A DNA stretch of 64,000 bases from Vicinamibacteria bacterium (GCA_963697705.1 CAVOPA010000017.1:75126-139125); one strand, 5' to 3'; positions 8,974 through 17,711 are shown, counted from the stretch's first letter. A program made the numbers and translations. The notes: generated from the sequence alone by a model not told the origin.

Positions 8974-9867
8974 TCATCCGATCACGACGTCCGGCTCGAG
9001 TACCATCCGGCCATTCTCGAACCGGACACCCGCACGTTGAATCCATTGCGCGACGGCTGCGGCATTCGGGGCTCCGCTCGCAGCTGCCGGCGCAGCTGGC
9101 GAATCGGCGCGGGGCGCTGGTGTCCGCGCCTCCTCCAGCGCGAGCCCGAGAAGCTGATTCGCCAGCTCCTCGCTGATCGCAATCCGTCCCCACACGCGCG
9201 CGCCGCGCAATTCCTGCAGCAAAGCCGTTCTGTGTGGCACCGTGGCATGTCGCGCCGCGCCGCCCGCGGACGATGGCGTCCCAGTCGGGTCGACCGCGAT
9301 GCCCCCGTCGGGCACATCGGCGACCACGTGCACGCGGAGCCGGCCGTCTTCGCCATCGAACGCGAGCGTCTGCACGACGGCCATCAGATCGGCGACGCCT
9401 GCTCGTGACGCGATCGTCCTGAGATCCACGGCGACGCCGTCTTTGCCGATCTCGACGCCTGGCGGCGCCAGGCCCGCCGCGACGATCACACGGCTCAGCG
9501 CGCTCCACGTGAAGGAGGGCCGTGCGATGACCAGGTAGAGGCGGGGATCCGACGCCATGTCGACCGGCCCGCGGACGCGCAGATCGATCGACAGGCGCGT
9601 GTCGAAGCCGAACACCGACTTCACCATCGCGACGCCGATTTCGCGGTCCGCGCGCAGCGTGACCTTGAGGCCGGGCAGGTGGCGTTCGGCCGCGGCCTGC
9701 GCAACCAGCACGTCTACGAGGTGCTGCGTCACCGGGACGACTGCCTCTACATGGGTCCCCGCCAACGCCTTGAAACCCGCGGCACGGACCCGCTCCACGG
9801 CAGAAAGCACGCGGCTCGTCATTCCCGACGCCTCTGCAAATATGCCGCCCGGCCGTTTCGATGGCAC
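8974..9867 (-). CDS. hypothetical protein (297 aa)
   Basis: ORF 8974..9867 with a GTG start preceded by SD AAGGAAG. Codon bias looks coding and no motif was recognised. Confidence 0.55.
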   Translation of the reverse strand: MPSKRPGGIFAEASGMTSRVLSAVERVRAAGFKALAGTHVEAVVPVTQHLVDVLVAQAAAERHLPGLKVTLRADREIGVAMVKSVFGFDTRLSIDLRVRGPVDMASDPRLYLVIARPSFTWSALSRVIVAAGLAPPGVEIGKDGVAVDLRTIASRAGVADLMAVVQTLAFDGEDGRLRVHVVADVPDGGIAVDPTGTPSSAGGAARHATVPHRTALLQELRGARVWGRIAISEELANQLLGLALEEARTPAPRADSPAAPAAASGAPNAAAVAQWIQRAGVRFENGRMVLEPDVVIG

Positions 9868-9945
9868 GCTACTTCCTTACGTAAGCCCTGCGACGGGTGC
9901 CGGTGCACCGCGTGGACATAAGGATGACCATCGAAAGGATGATCT

Positions 9946-10773
9946 ATGAGCCCAGAGAACCCTCAGTCCGGAAAGCGGGGCACGAAAGCAGGCAGCCGTT
10001 CCGGAAACGACAGGAATTTCGATACCGGATTCGACCCGGCTGTGCAGTCCCAGTCCGACCTTGGCGACGCGACTCCGTCAGCGGGCGATCGTAACAGCGC
10101 AGGCTTCGGTGCCACGGAGTTCGGCACCACGACGGGTGCCACCAACTACGGCACCACCGGCGGGTCCACAAACTTCGGGCAGACCGGCGGCAACGAGCAG
10201 ACCTCCGGCATCCTGAGCCAGGTTCGGGACAAGGCCGCCTCGCAGCTGAACGAGCAGAAGACGCGCGCCACCGACAGCCTCGGCAGCGTGGCGCAGGCTG
10301 TTCGTCAATCGACGCACCACCTTCGCGAGCAGCAGTACGACACCGTGGCCCAGTTCGTCGAGCGGGCGGCCGACCAGATCGAACGCTTCTCCAACCACCT
10401 GCGTGAGCGCGACCTGAACGATCTCGTGGGCGAAGCACAGCGCTTTGCGCGCCAGCAGCCCGCGGTGTTCATCGGTTCGAGCTTCGCCGCCGGCATGCTC
10501 GCGGCGCGGTTCATCAAAGCGTCGCGCCCGACACGCAGCTTCGACGACCGCAGCTACTCCGGGTACGGCGGCGAGGGCGGCGGCTCTGGCGCAGCCTTCA
10601 ACCGCGGCGACACGTTCGACCGCGGCACGTCGGGCACCGGGACGTCGTACGGCAGCGGCACGTCGTACGGGACCGGCACATCCTACGGCGGCGGCACGTC
10701 GTTCGAGCGGAGCACGTCGTTCGAAACGCCGACCGACAGGCCTGGCGACGTGACGGGCCGGGGAGACCTGTGA
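9946..10773 (+). CDS. hypothetical stress-cluster protein with low-complexity ends and one hydrophobic helix
   Basis: ATG 9946 follows AAAGGA. The N-terminus is G/T/N-rich, followed by a helical core, a hydrophobic segment (PAVFIGSSFAAGMLAARFI) and a (GTSYG)-type repeat tail. The stop overlaps the next start (GTGATG). Confidence 0.6.
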   Translation: MSPENPQSGKRGTKAGSRSGNDRNFDTGFDPAVQSQSDLGDATPSAGDRNSAGFGATEFGTTTGATNYGTTGGSTNFGQTGGNEQTSGILSQVRDKAASQLNEQKTRATDSLGSVAQAVRQSTHHLREQQYDTVAQFVERAADQIERFSNHLRERDLNDLVGEAQRFARQQPAVFIGSSFAAGMLAARFIKASRPTRSFDDRSYSGYGGEGGGSGAAFNRGDTFDRGTSGTGTSYGSGTSYGTGTSYGGGTSFERSTSFETPTDRPGDVTGRGDL

Positions 10774-11168
10774 TGGAACCGCGGAAAGACGACAAGTCGC
10801 TAGGGGAGCTGTTCAGCGAACTGTCGCGCGACACCGCTGAACTCGTTCGCAAGGAAGTGCAGCTGGCTCGTACCGAGCTGACGGCCCGCGCCTCGCGGGT
10901 TGGACGGCACGTCGTCTACATCGCCATCGGTGGCTTCATCGCCTACGCGGGCGTGCTCGCGTTGGTGGCCGCCCTGGTCATCGTGCTCGAGGCCGCGGGC
11001 CTCACCTGGTGGGCGTCAGCCCTCATTGTCGGGATCGTGGTCGCGCTCGCGGGGTACCTCTTCGTGCAGCGCGGGATCTCGGGGCTGCAGCGTGACAGCC
11101 TTACGCCAACGGAAACCATCGAAACACTGAAGGAGAATGCGGCATGGGCGAAGGGCCAAAGGACCTGA
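10770..11168 (+). CDS. Holin-X / DUF1469 'phage holin family' two-TM membrane protein
   Basis: 132 aa: SLGELFSELSRDTAELVRKEVQLARTEL, then two TM helices (VVYIAIGGFIAYAGVLALVAALVIVL; WWASALIVGIVVALAGYLFV). This is the typical DUF1469 layout. Confidence 0.75.
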   Translation: MMEPRKDDKSLGELFSELSRDTAELVRKEVQLARTELTARASRVGRHVVYIAIGGFIAYAGVLALVAALVIVLEAAGLTWWASALIVGIVVALAGYLFVQRGISGLQRDSLTPTETIETLKENAAWAKGQRT

Positions 11169-12559
11169 GAGACGATGCGGGGCGCTTCGACGCGCCGCGG
11201 AACGACGACATGGTCGGTCGCGGGGATCCGGACCTCGTTGGCCGCGCCACCACCGGCGCGGAACCGCTGACGCCGACGACCGGCGCGTACCCCTATGGGT
11301 CGGCCTCGTCCGGCAGGACCGCAGCCGACACCGCGCTCACGTCCACCACGCGCGAGGCCAACGCCTCGTCGGACAGCACGGAGACGGCGGCGGAGACCGC
11401 CGAGATACGGGCGGAGATCGAGCAGAAGCGCGCCGACATCAGCGAAACGATCGACGAGATCACGCAGCGACTGTCGCCGGGCAACCTCGTGTCCCAGGCG
11501 ACGGACAGCGTGAAGGAGACGGCACGCGACACGATGCACCGCGTGAGCGGGACGGCAACCGACACCGCGCGGCGGGTCGCCGCGACGGCGAGCGAGACCG
11601 CGAGCCAGGTGGCCGACTCGTCCCGGCGGGTCGGACGCACGGCGGCATACCAGGTGCGCGAGCACCCCTGGTCGGCCGGAGCGCTGCTCGCCGGAGTGGG
11701 CGCGGCGGCGTGGTGGATGATGAGCCGCCGTTCGAGCGGCGTGGAGGAATGGGACGTGGACGATTACACCGAAGAGAGCCTCTACTACGACGACGACGAT
11801 CAGTTCACGACGGACCGTGGCAACCGGTTCGTGAACGTCATGCGTGATAACCCGGTGCCGATCGCGCTCACGACCATCGGCATCGGCTGGTGGATGTGGA
11901 ACCAGCGCTCTGGTGGCCGTCGCGTCACCTCTGATTCTGGCTACTCCGGGTCGAACTTCGATTCGACCTGGGACACGCGCAGCGGCTACGGCGCAGCCGG
12001 GGCAGAAGCGGGCGCGTATCGCCGGTTCGACAGTGATCGCGGCGTGTGGGTCGGCGGCGACGAAGGCGAAGCGACGACCGATCGCGTGAAGCATGCGGTC
12101 TCGGACGCCTCCGAGCGGGCCCGCGACACGCTGTCGAACGCCAGCGAGAAGGCGCGCGAGACAGTGGACGACGTGACCGTGCGGACGCGCGACGCGGCCA
12201 ACCGGGCACAGCGGCAGATCGGCCAGTACAGCCGGCAGGCCAAAACACAGCTGCAGTACTGGATGGAGCACAACCCGCTGGCTGTCGGCGCCGTGGCGAT
12301 GGCGGTTGGCGCAGCGGTCGGGTTGGCGCTGCCGGAGACCCGTCGCGAGCAGGCGCTGATGGGCGACGCGCGCGACCGCGTGGTCGACAACGCGAAGAGC
12401 ATGGCCAGCAGCGCCGTCGATCGCGCCACCGAGGCGGCCCAGCATATCGTCGGCACCGCCAAGGACGCGAGCGATACGGCCAGCACCAGCGCCTCCACGG
12501 CCCAGGACGCGATCAGCCGCGCCTCACAGGCCGCGAAGGACACCATCAACAAGGCGTGA
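11144..12559 (+). CDS. DUF3618-domain protein with LEA/YtxH-like helical repeats and internal TM segments
   Basis: SD AAGGAGAA precedes ATG 11144, and the start overlaps the upstream gene by 25 nt. The DUF3618 signature is AEIRAEIEQKRADISETIDEITQRLSPGNLVSQA. Repeated A/T/S/D/K/R helical segments follow (AKDASDTASTSASTAQDAISRASQAAKDTINKA). Confidence 0.75.
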   Translation: MGEGPKDLRDDAGRFDAPRNDDMVGRGDPDLVGRATTGAEPLTPTTGAYPYGSASSGRTAADTALTSTTREANASSDSTETAAETAEIRAEIEQKRADISETIDEITQRLSPGNLVSQATDSVKETARDTMHRVSGTATDTARRVAATASETASQVADSSRRVGRTAAYQVREHPWSAGALLAGVGAAAWWMMSRRSSGVEEWDVDDYTEESLYYDDDDQFTTDRGNRFVNVMRDNPVPIALTTIGIGWWMWNQRSGGRRVTSDSGYSGSNFDSTWDTRSGYGAAGAEAGAYRRFDSDRGVWVGGDEGEATTDRVKHAVSDASERARDTLSNASEKARETVDDVTVRTRDAANRAQRQIGQYSRQAKTQLQYWMEHNPLAVGAVAMAVGAAVGLALPETRREQALMGDARDRVVDNAKSMASSAVDRATEAAQHIVGTAKDASDTASTSASTAQDAISRASQAAKDTINKA

Positions 12560-12588
12560 CGACCGGCCGGGGCGCGTGGGCCCCGGCG

Positions 12589-13023
12589 CTACATCTGCCG
12601 TGCGCGTGACGCGAGCGCGCGCACGGCGTTTACCATCCCCATCAGCCCTATGCCCTTGCCCATCGAGATGTTCTGCCGAAAGATCTGCTCGACGATTTCA
12701 GGCGACACCGACTCGATGTCTGGTGGCGTCAGTCCGGACAGCGTCTTCTGCAGGATCGCCGCGAGCGCCTTCGCCGACACACCCGACGGGTTCTCGACCG
12801 CGAAGTGCAGGTTCAGCGTCCCGTCCGGATTCTTCACCGCCCACGCGTACGCATCCGACTCGCACTGGGGCACCTGGTGCGACTTGTCGAACGGCCGCTG
12901 CGCGATCTCCGGCGGCACCTCTTTGAACCGATCGGCGTAGCTCAGCAGAAGATTCGTGCGGTCCCCGGCGTCCGGGAACATCGCGAACGTGTCGAGGAGC
13001 TTCTGCAGCGACGGGGGATTCAT
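12589..13023 (-). CDS. SufE-family sulfur acceptor protein
   Basis: 144 aa: LLSYADRFKEVPPE...SHQVPQCESDAYAW (conserved Cys loop)...LHFAVENPSGVSAKALAAIL. Matches the SufE/CsdE pattern. Confidence 0.85.
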   Translation of the reverse strand: MNPPSLQKLLDTFAMFPDAGDRTNLLLSYADRFKEVPPEIAQRPFDKSHQVPQCESDAYAWAVKNPDGTLNLHFAVENPSGVSAKALAAILQKTLSGLTPPDIESVSPEIVEQIFRQNISMGKGIGLMGMVNAVRALASRARQM

Positions 13024-13109
13024 CGAAATAACTGCTTTGCTCGTGTGCTGAGGCTCCGCTCGTTGTTGTTGGTTCGCGTGTTTCGCACGCTAGCAGCGGC
13101 AGCGGCCCC

Positions 13110-13973
13110 TCACTTCTCGATCGGCACCCCGACCATGTTGCCCCACTCGGTCCAGCTCCCGTCGTAGTTGCGCACCTTCTCGAACCCAAGCAGGTACTTC
13201 AGCGCGAACCACGTGTGGCTGCTGCGCTCACCGATGCGGCAGTAGGCGATGGTGTCGGCAGACGGCGCCAGGCCGTTCTGCTCCGTATAGAGCGTGCGCA
13301 GTTCCTCGGCGCTCCGGAAGGTGCCGTCATCTGGATTCACGGCGCGAGCCCACGGGATGCTCTTTGCGCCGGGGATGTGACCGCCCCGCATGGCGCCCTC
13401 GTTCGGAAACTCGGGCATGTGCAGCCGTGTGCCGGCATATTCCTCGGGGCTGCGCACGTCGACCAGCTGGCCGCGCCTCTGCATGTGCGCGAGGACTTCC
13501 TCTCGGTAGGCCCGGATATCCGCGTCCTTGCGCTCTGGCGCCTCGTAGCGGGTGGCCTCGTAGTGCGGCACATCACGCGTCAATGGACGATTCTCCTTCT
13601 CCCATTTCACGCGGCCGCCGTCCATGACCGCCGCGTTTGCATGGCCGAACAGCTGAAACACCCAGAAGGCATAGCAGGCCCACCAGTTGTTCCGGTCGCC
13701 GTAGAACACGATCTTGGTGTCGGCGGTCACGCCGATGCGCGACATCAGCGCGTTGAAGGCGTCGCGTCCGACGTAATCACGACGCACCTGGTCGTTGAGG
13801 TCGTGAGTCCAGTCGACGTGCACGGCGCCCGGGAGGTGACCGGCGCCGTACAACAGCGTGTCTTCGTTCGACTCGACGATGCGGACGTTGGGATCCTGCA
13901 GGTGCTCGGCGACCCACTCGGTCGACACGAGCACGTTCGGGTGTGCGTAGTGGCGCGATTCGATGGATGACAT
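13110..13973 (-). CDS. thiosulfate/3-mercaptopyruvate sulfurtransferase (tandem rhodanese)
   Basis: 287 aa with two rhodanese domains and the active-site loop [13 protein letters not shown]. It lies directly upstream (same strand) of the SufE-like gene. Confidence 0.9.
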   Translation of the reverse strand: MSSIESRHYAHPNVLVSTEWVAEHLQDPNVRIVESNEDTLLYGAGHLPGAVHVDWTHDLNDQVRRDYVGRDAFNALMSRIGVTADTKIVFYGDRNNWWACYAFWVFQLFGHANAAVMDGGRVKWEKENRPLTRDVPHYEATRYEAPERKDADIRAYREEVLAHMQRRGQLVDVRSPEEYAGTRLHMPEFPNEGAMRGGHIPGAKSIPWARAVNPDDGTFRSAEELRTLYTEQNGLAPSADTIAYCRIGERSSHTWFALKYLLGFEKVRNYDGSWTEWGNMVGVPIEK

Positions 13974-13992
13974 CCGAGAAGAATATCAGGAG

Positions 13993-14036
13993 CAATTCCG
14001 AATTCGGAGTGCGAAGTACGGAATCAGTTCGGAATG
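13993..14036. promoter_or_regulatory. candidate operator: perfect 12-bp palindrome plus phased half-site repeats in a divergent promoter region
   Basis: TCCGAATTCGGA at 13997-14008 is a perfect palindrome. It is followed by ACGGAAT (14018) and TCGGAAT (14029), 11 bp apart, in the A+T-richer gap between the rhodanese and DUF1080 genes. Confidence 0.3.
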
Positions 14037-14150
14037 CGGGCGCGCCCGGCTCTACCTTGGGGCTGACCACGTGACAGCTGTAAAGCTGGCGTTAGCCGGG
14101 CTGCCGGGCATGCCACCCACAGTCGAGGCATTCGGGTGTATGTTCAGCCG

Positions 14151-15707
14151 ATGATGATGCGCGCCTCGGCTCTCCTCGTCGCCATCGCAGCCGCCGTTGC
14201 GTTCACGGCCCCCTCGCTCCTGGCGCAGAACGATGCGGATCGCAAGGACTGGACCCAGCTGTTCAATGGCACGAACCTGGACGGCTGGACGGTCAAGATC
14301 ACCGGCCACGAGCCTGGCGACAACTTCGGCGACACGTTCCGGGTGCAGGACGGCAAGCTCGCCGTCTCCTACGACAAGTACGGTGCGTTCGACGGCCAGT
14401 TCGGCCACATCTTCTACCGCGGCACGTGGTCGTATTACCGCATCGCTGTCGAGTACCGGTTCGTCGGTGAGCAGGCGAAGGGCGGACCCGGGTGGGCGCT
14501 GCGGAACAGCGGCATCATGGTGCACGGCCAGCGCCCCGAGACAATGCGGAAAGATCAGGACTTTCCGATTTCGATCGAAGTGCAGTTGCTCGGCGGCAAC
14601 GGCACGGACGAGCGGCCGACCGCGAACCTGTGCACGCCAGGGACGAACGTAGTCATCAAGGGCGCCCTCTTCACGACCCACTGCCTCAACTCCACGTCGA
14701 AGACGTATCACGGAGACCAGTGGGTCCGCGTCGAAGCCGAGGTCCGCGGGTCCGAGCGGATCACGCACTTCGTCAACGGCGAGCCGGTGCTCCATTACGA
14801 GCAGCCGCAGATCGGGGGCGGAAACGTCGTGAACTTCGATCCGGCGGTGAAGAAGGATGGCACGCTGCTCAGCGAAGGGTCGATATCGCTGCAGTCGGAG
14901 AGCCACCCGATCGAGTTCCGGAAAGTAGAGCTGCTGAACCTCGTCGGATGCATGGATCCGAAGGCGAAGAACTACAAGTCGTATTTCGTCAAGGCCGACA
15001 CGGGGAGTTGCCAGGTACTAGGCTCCAGGCTCCAGAGCATATGGCCCCCGAGGGCAGACACGCAGCCCGAGGCGCGAAGGCAAAGTCTGGAGCCCGGAGC
15101 CTGGAGCCAGGAGCCTGCCCCCCAGCGCTCAGCCCCCCGAGAGCTGCCTGAGGGCAAGGTACAACGCGTGCGTCCCGAGGCGCGCGTGCCCCTGGGCGGC
15201 AGTCGCGAGATACAACTGGCGCACGAGCGCGAGGCCCGGCAGGGCGAGGCGCATGCGGGCGGCTTCGTCGAGCGCGATCCCCATGTCCTTGATGAAGTGC
15301 TCGACCATGAACCCCGGGTCGAAGTTCCCATTGAGCACGCGCGGCGCGAGGTTCTCCAGGGTCCAGCAGCCTGCCGCCCCGCCGCGAATCGACTGCAGCA
15401 TCGTCTGCAGATCAAGGCCGGCGCGCGCGCCGTAGAGCAGGCTCTCGCAGACGCCAATCATCGTGCCGGCGATCACGATCTGGTTGCACATCTTCGTATG
15501 CTGTCCGGCACCAGGGCCTCCCTCGTGGACGATGGTCTTGCCCATTGCCTCGAGGAGTGGACGCACCCGTTCCAGCGCACCCGCATCGCCGCCAGCCATG
15601 ATCGACAGCGTCGCGTTCCGCGCCCCGACGTCGCCGCCCGAGACTGGCGCATCGAGGGCGGTCGCGCCTTGTTCGGCGGCGCTGCCCGCGATCTGGATCG
15701 CCAGTGA
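14151..15707 (+). CDS. secreted DUF1080 (3-keto-disaccharide hydrolase-like) protein; only about 14151-15017 is supported and the formal ORF has no stop until 15707
   Basis: Signal peptide [24 protein letters not shown], then the DUF1080 pattern [13 protein letters not shown]...FRVQDGKL...GHIFY...YRIAVEYRF...NSGIMVH...[21 protein letters not shown]. After ...KADTGSCQ the frame runs on for about 230 aa of Arg/Pro-rich sequence antisense to the convergent gene 15129..16019. See findings. Confidence 0.65.
   Translation: MMMRASALLVAIAAAVAFTAPSLLAQNDADRKDWTQLFNGTNLDGWTVKITGHEPGDNFGDTFRVQDGKLAVSYDKYGAFDGQFGHIFYRGTWSYYRIAVEYRFVGEQAKGGPGWALRNSGIMVHGQRPETMRKDQDFPISIEVQLLGGNGTDERPTANLCTPGTNVVIKGALFTTHCLNSTSKTYHGDQWVRVEAEVRGSERITHFVNGEPVLHYEQPQIGGGNVVNFDPAVKKDGTLLSEGSISLQSESHPIEFRKVELLNLVGCMDPKAKNYKSYFVKADTGSCQVLGSRLQSIWPPRADTQPEARRQSLEPGAWSQEPAPQRSAPRELPEGKVQRVRPEARVPLGGSREIQLAHEREARQGEAHAGGFVERDPHVLDEVLDHEPRVEVPIEHARREVLQGPAACRPAANRLQHRLQIKAGARAVEQALADANHRAGDHDLVAHLRMLSGTRASLVDDGLAHCLEEWTHPFQRTRIAASHDRQRRVPRPDVAARDWRIEGGRALFGGAARDLDRQ
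15021..15115. repeat. heptad-unit inverted repeat (GGCTCCA)x2 ... (YNGGAGC)x4 between convergent genes
   Basis: ggctcca ggctcca at 15021-15034; ctggagc ccggagc ctggagc caggagc at 15087-15114. A 13-bp stem is possible between 15021-15033 and 15096-15108. Confidence 0.55.
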
Positions 15708-16019
15708 CGGCTCCGTCGTCGTCATGTCCACGAGGATGGAGCCCCGGCGCGCACCGGCGAGCACGCCGTCGGCGCCGTAGTAAACCTCCCGCACGTCGGC
15801 GGGAAACCCCACCATCGTGAACGTCACGTCGGATTGTTCGGCCGCGAGCCGTGGCCCGCTTGCCCAGGCGGCTCCGCGCTCGAGCAGCGGCCGTGCCTTC
15901 TCCGCCGTCCGCGTGAACACGATGACGTGCGCTCCCCTGTCGAGCAGGTGCCCGCACATGGAGAGGCCCATGACGCCAGTGCCGATCCAGGAGATCCGGT
16001 ACGAGGAGAGCTCGCTCAT
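15129..16019 (-). CDS. NAD(P)-dependent oxidoreductase, 3-hydroxyisobutyrate dehydrogenase (HIBADH/GarR) family
   Basis: Start ATG 16019 ([26 protein letters not shown], Rossmann GxGxxG) inside ORF 15129..16190. Also DAPVSGG and a GxGxxxKxxNQ-like block ([12 protein letters not shown]). Confidence 0.9.
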   Translation of the reverse strand: MSELSSYRISWIGTGVMGLSMCGHLLDRGAHVIVFTRTAEKARPLLERGAAWASGPRLAAEQSDVTFTMVGFPADVREVYYGADGVLAGARRGSILVDMTTTEPSLAIQIAGSAAEQGATALDAPVSGGDVGARNATLSIMAGGDAGALERVRPLLEAMGKTIVHEGGPGAGQHTKMCNQIVIAGTMIGVCESLLYGARAGLDLQTMLQSIRGGAAGCWTLENLAPRVLNGNFDPGFMVEHFIKDMGIALDEAARMRLALPGLALVRQLYLATAAQGHARLGTHALYLALRQLSGG

Positions 16020-16150
16020 GCGTGGCAGATTATCGCAGGAGCGCGCGGGCGCGGTGACGTGTGCGGTTTTGTGGGGTGGGATTGAGGCGGGGAAGCAGAT
16101 CCGATGCGGGTCGTCGTTGCCGAGTGCGCGGGTGTAATCAGACGTCCGGG

Positions 16151-16189
16151 TGGAGGCCGAAGCTGGCGCGCCGCCAGCCCCAGCCTCCA
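16151..16189 (-). terminator. GC-rich nested hairpin just downstream of the BON gene (possible terminator, no clear U-tract)
   Basis: Outer stem TGGAGGC (16151-57) pairs with GCCTCCA (16183-89). Inner stem GCTGGCG (16162-68) pairs with CGCCAGC (16172-78). It lies 14 nt after the stop of the minus-strand gene 16203..17066. Confidence 0.35.
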
Positions 16190-16202
16190 ATCCCTGTCCG
16201 TC

Positions 16203-17066
16203 CTACTTCTTCGCGCCGATCGTCAGGTCGTCCTTCACCGATCGGACGCCTTCCACCTGCTTCGCCAGGCTGACCGCCTTGGCCCGAGCCGCGGCCGACG
16301 GGACCGTGCCCCGCAGCGTCACGACGTGCGCGTTCGTGTCGACGTTGATGTCGCTGCCGTCGAGCGCCTCGACGCCAACGAAGCTGGACTTGACCTTCGT
16401 CGTGATCCAGCCGTCGCTCACCGCCTGGCCGGCGGTTCCGGTCGCCCCGCTCGTGTCGTGCGCGACGTCCTTCGCCGTGTTCTCGGCGTGGTGCTTGACG
16501 TCGTGTGCGCTCTCGTTCGCGTCGTGATGTGCTTCGCGGCCCTCTTCACGCACGTCGGCGGCGGCGTCCTCGGTCGCGTTCTTGGTGTCCTTCGCCGCTT
16601 CCTTGGTGCTCTTCTTCGCGTCGTGTGCCGCGTCCTTCGTGTCGTGCCCGGTTGCGCGGGCGTCGGCGTCAGCATGCGCGAGTGTCGAATCGCGGTTGGA
16701 AGCCGTGTCGGCGGCCACGCCGACCCGCAGGTCGTTCTCCACCCGCGTCACGCCGTCGGTGGCCCGTGCAATCTCGGCCGCACGTGCCTTGCCGGCCTGC
16801 GACGCGACGGTGCCCTTCAGGAACACGACGTGGTTGCGGACGTCGACGTTGATATCGCTGTGCGCGAGCGCGTCCTCACCGACGAACTGAGCCTTGACCT
16901 TGGTCAGGATCCACGCATCGGTGATCGTTTCACCGGTCGAGCTGGTTGCCTGGCGCGCCTTGTCGTCTGCTGCCGTGCCGGCCTGCCGGGCGGCGGCGGG
17001 GGCGGCGCCGAGCGCCACCATCACACCTGCGGCGGCTGCTGCGTTCGTCCATGCTCGTCTATTCAT
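16203..17066 (-). CDS. periplasmic BON-domain (OsmY-like) protein: two BON domains separated by LEA-like 11-mer repeats
   Basis: Signal peptide, then BON 1 (DAWILTKVKAQFVGEDALAHSDINVDVRNHVVFLKGTVAS...VTRVENDLRV) and BON 2 (DGWITTKVKSSFVGVEALDGSDINVDTNAHVVTLRGTVPS...VRSVKDDLTI). The linker is His/Asp/Lys/Ala-rich. SD AGGAGA is present. Confidence 0.85.
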   Translation of the reverse strand: MNRRAWTNAAAAAGVMVALGAAPAAARQAGTAADDKARQATSSTGETITDAWILTKVKAQFVGEDALAHSDINVDVRNHVVFLKGTVASQAGKARAAEIARATDGVTRVENDLRVGVAADTASNRDSTLAHADADARATGHDTKDAAHDAKKSTKEAAKDTKNATEDAAADVREEGREAHHDANESAHDVKHHAENTAKDVAHDTSGATGTAGQAVSDGWITTKVKSSFVGVEALDGSDINVDTNAHVVTLRGTVPSAAARAKAVSLAKQVEGVRSVKDDLTIGAKK

Positions 17067-17141
17067 GGCTCTTTTCTCCTGTTAATGATGGTCGACTACA
17101 CTCGACAGGAGGAAGAGCAAGGACGGGGCCACGAGGGCGGG

Positions 17142-17147
17142 TACAAT
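17142..17147 (+). promoter_or_regulatory. -10-like TACAAT box 7 nt upstream of the dut ATG (possible leaderless transcript)
   Basis: gggTACAATcagtcggATG; there is no SD between the box and ATG 17155. The -35 is not convincing. Confidence 0.3.
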
Positions 17148-17154
17148 CAGTCGG

Positions 17155-17611
17155 ATGAGCACCGCCCTGTCCATCTCCATCCAAAGGCTGCCGAGCGCAG
17201 CAGACCTGCCGGTGCCCGAGTACAAGAGCCGGCATGCGGCCGCAATGGATCTCGTCGGCGGCGGTCCGGGCCGCGGTTACGCTCGCCCCCGGCACCCGCG
17301 CGCTGATTCCGTGCGGGTTCTGCATTGCGGTGCCGGACGGGTACGAAGGGCAGGTGCGACCACGGTCCGGGCTTGCCGCGCGTCACGGCGTCACCGTCGT
17401 GAACGCTCCGGGCACCATCGATGCGGACTACCGCGGGGAAGTGATGGTGGCCTTGATCAACCTCGGCGACACTCCGTTCGTGGTCGAGCGTGGCATGCGC
17501 GTCGCACAGTTGCTCGTGGCGCCCGTTCCGCGGGTCACGTGGGTGGAGGTCGAGGAGTTGCCCGCATCGACACGTGGCGCCGGCGGATTCGGTCACACCG
17601 GCACTCAATAG
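17155..17611 (+). CDS. dut: dUTP diphosphatase, interrupted by a 1-nt frameshift near 17257 (pseudogene or sequencing error)
   Basis: The N-terminus [34 protein letters not shown] is in the frame of ORF 17155. The rest, [62 protein letters not shown]...[10 protein letters not shown], is in the frame of ORF 17234..17611. One extra G in gtcGgcggcgg (17254-17264) separates the frames. All five dUTPase motifs are present. Confidence 0.85.
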
Positions 17612-17711
17612 CGCGCGTCCGCTTGGGGCAGGCCTCGCCACGGGATCGGCGACGATCGACCGGGCATCTGCCGGACGCGCGCGGTCAATTGGTATAGTTC
17701 ATAGGTTGGAC

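Noticed and set aside
10770-11168. A 'phage holin family' protein, considered as a sign of a prophage or lysis cassette
   Set aside because: No endolysin, spanin, terminase, capsid, tail or integrase genes are nearby. The flanking genes are DUF3618 and a low-complexity membrane protein typical of a chromosomal stress cluster.
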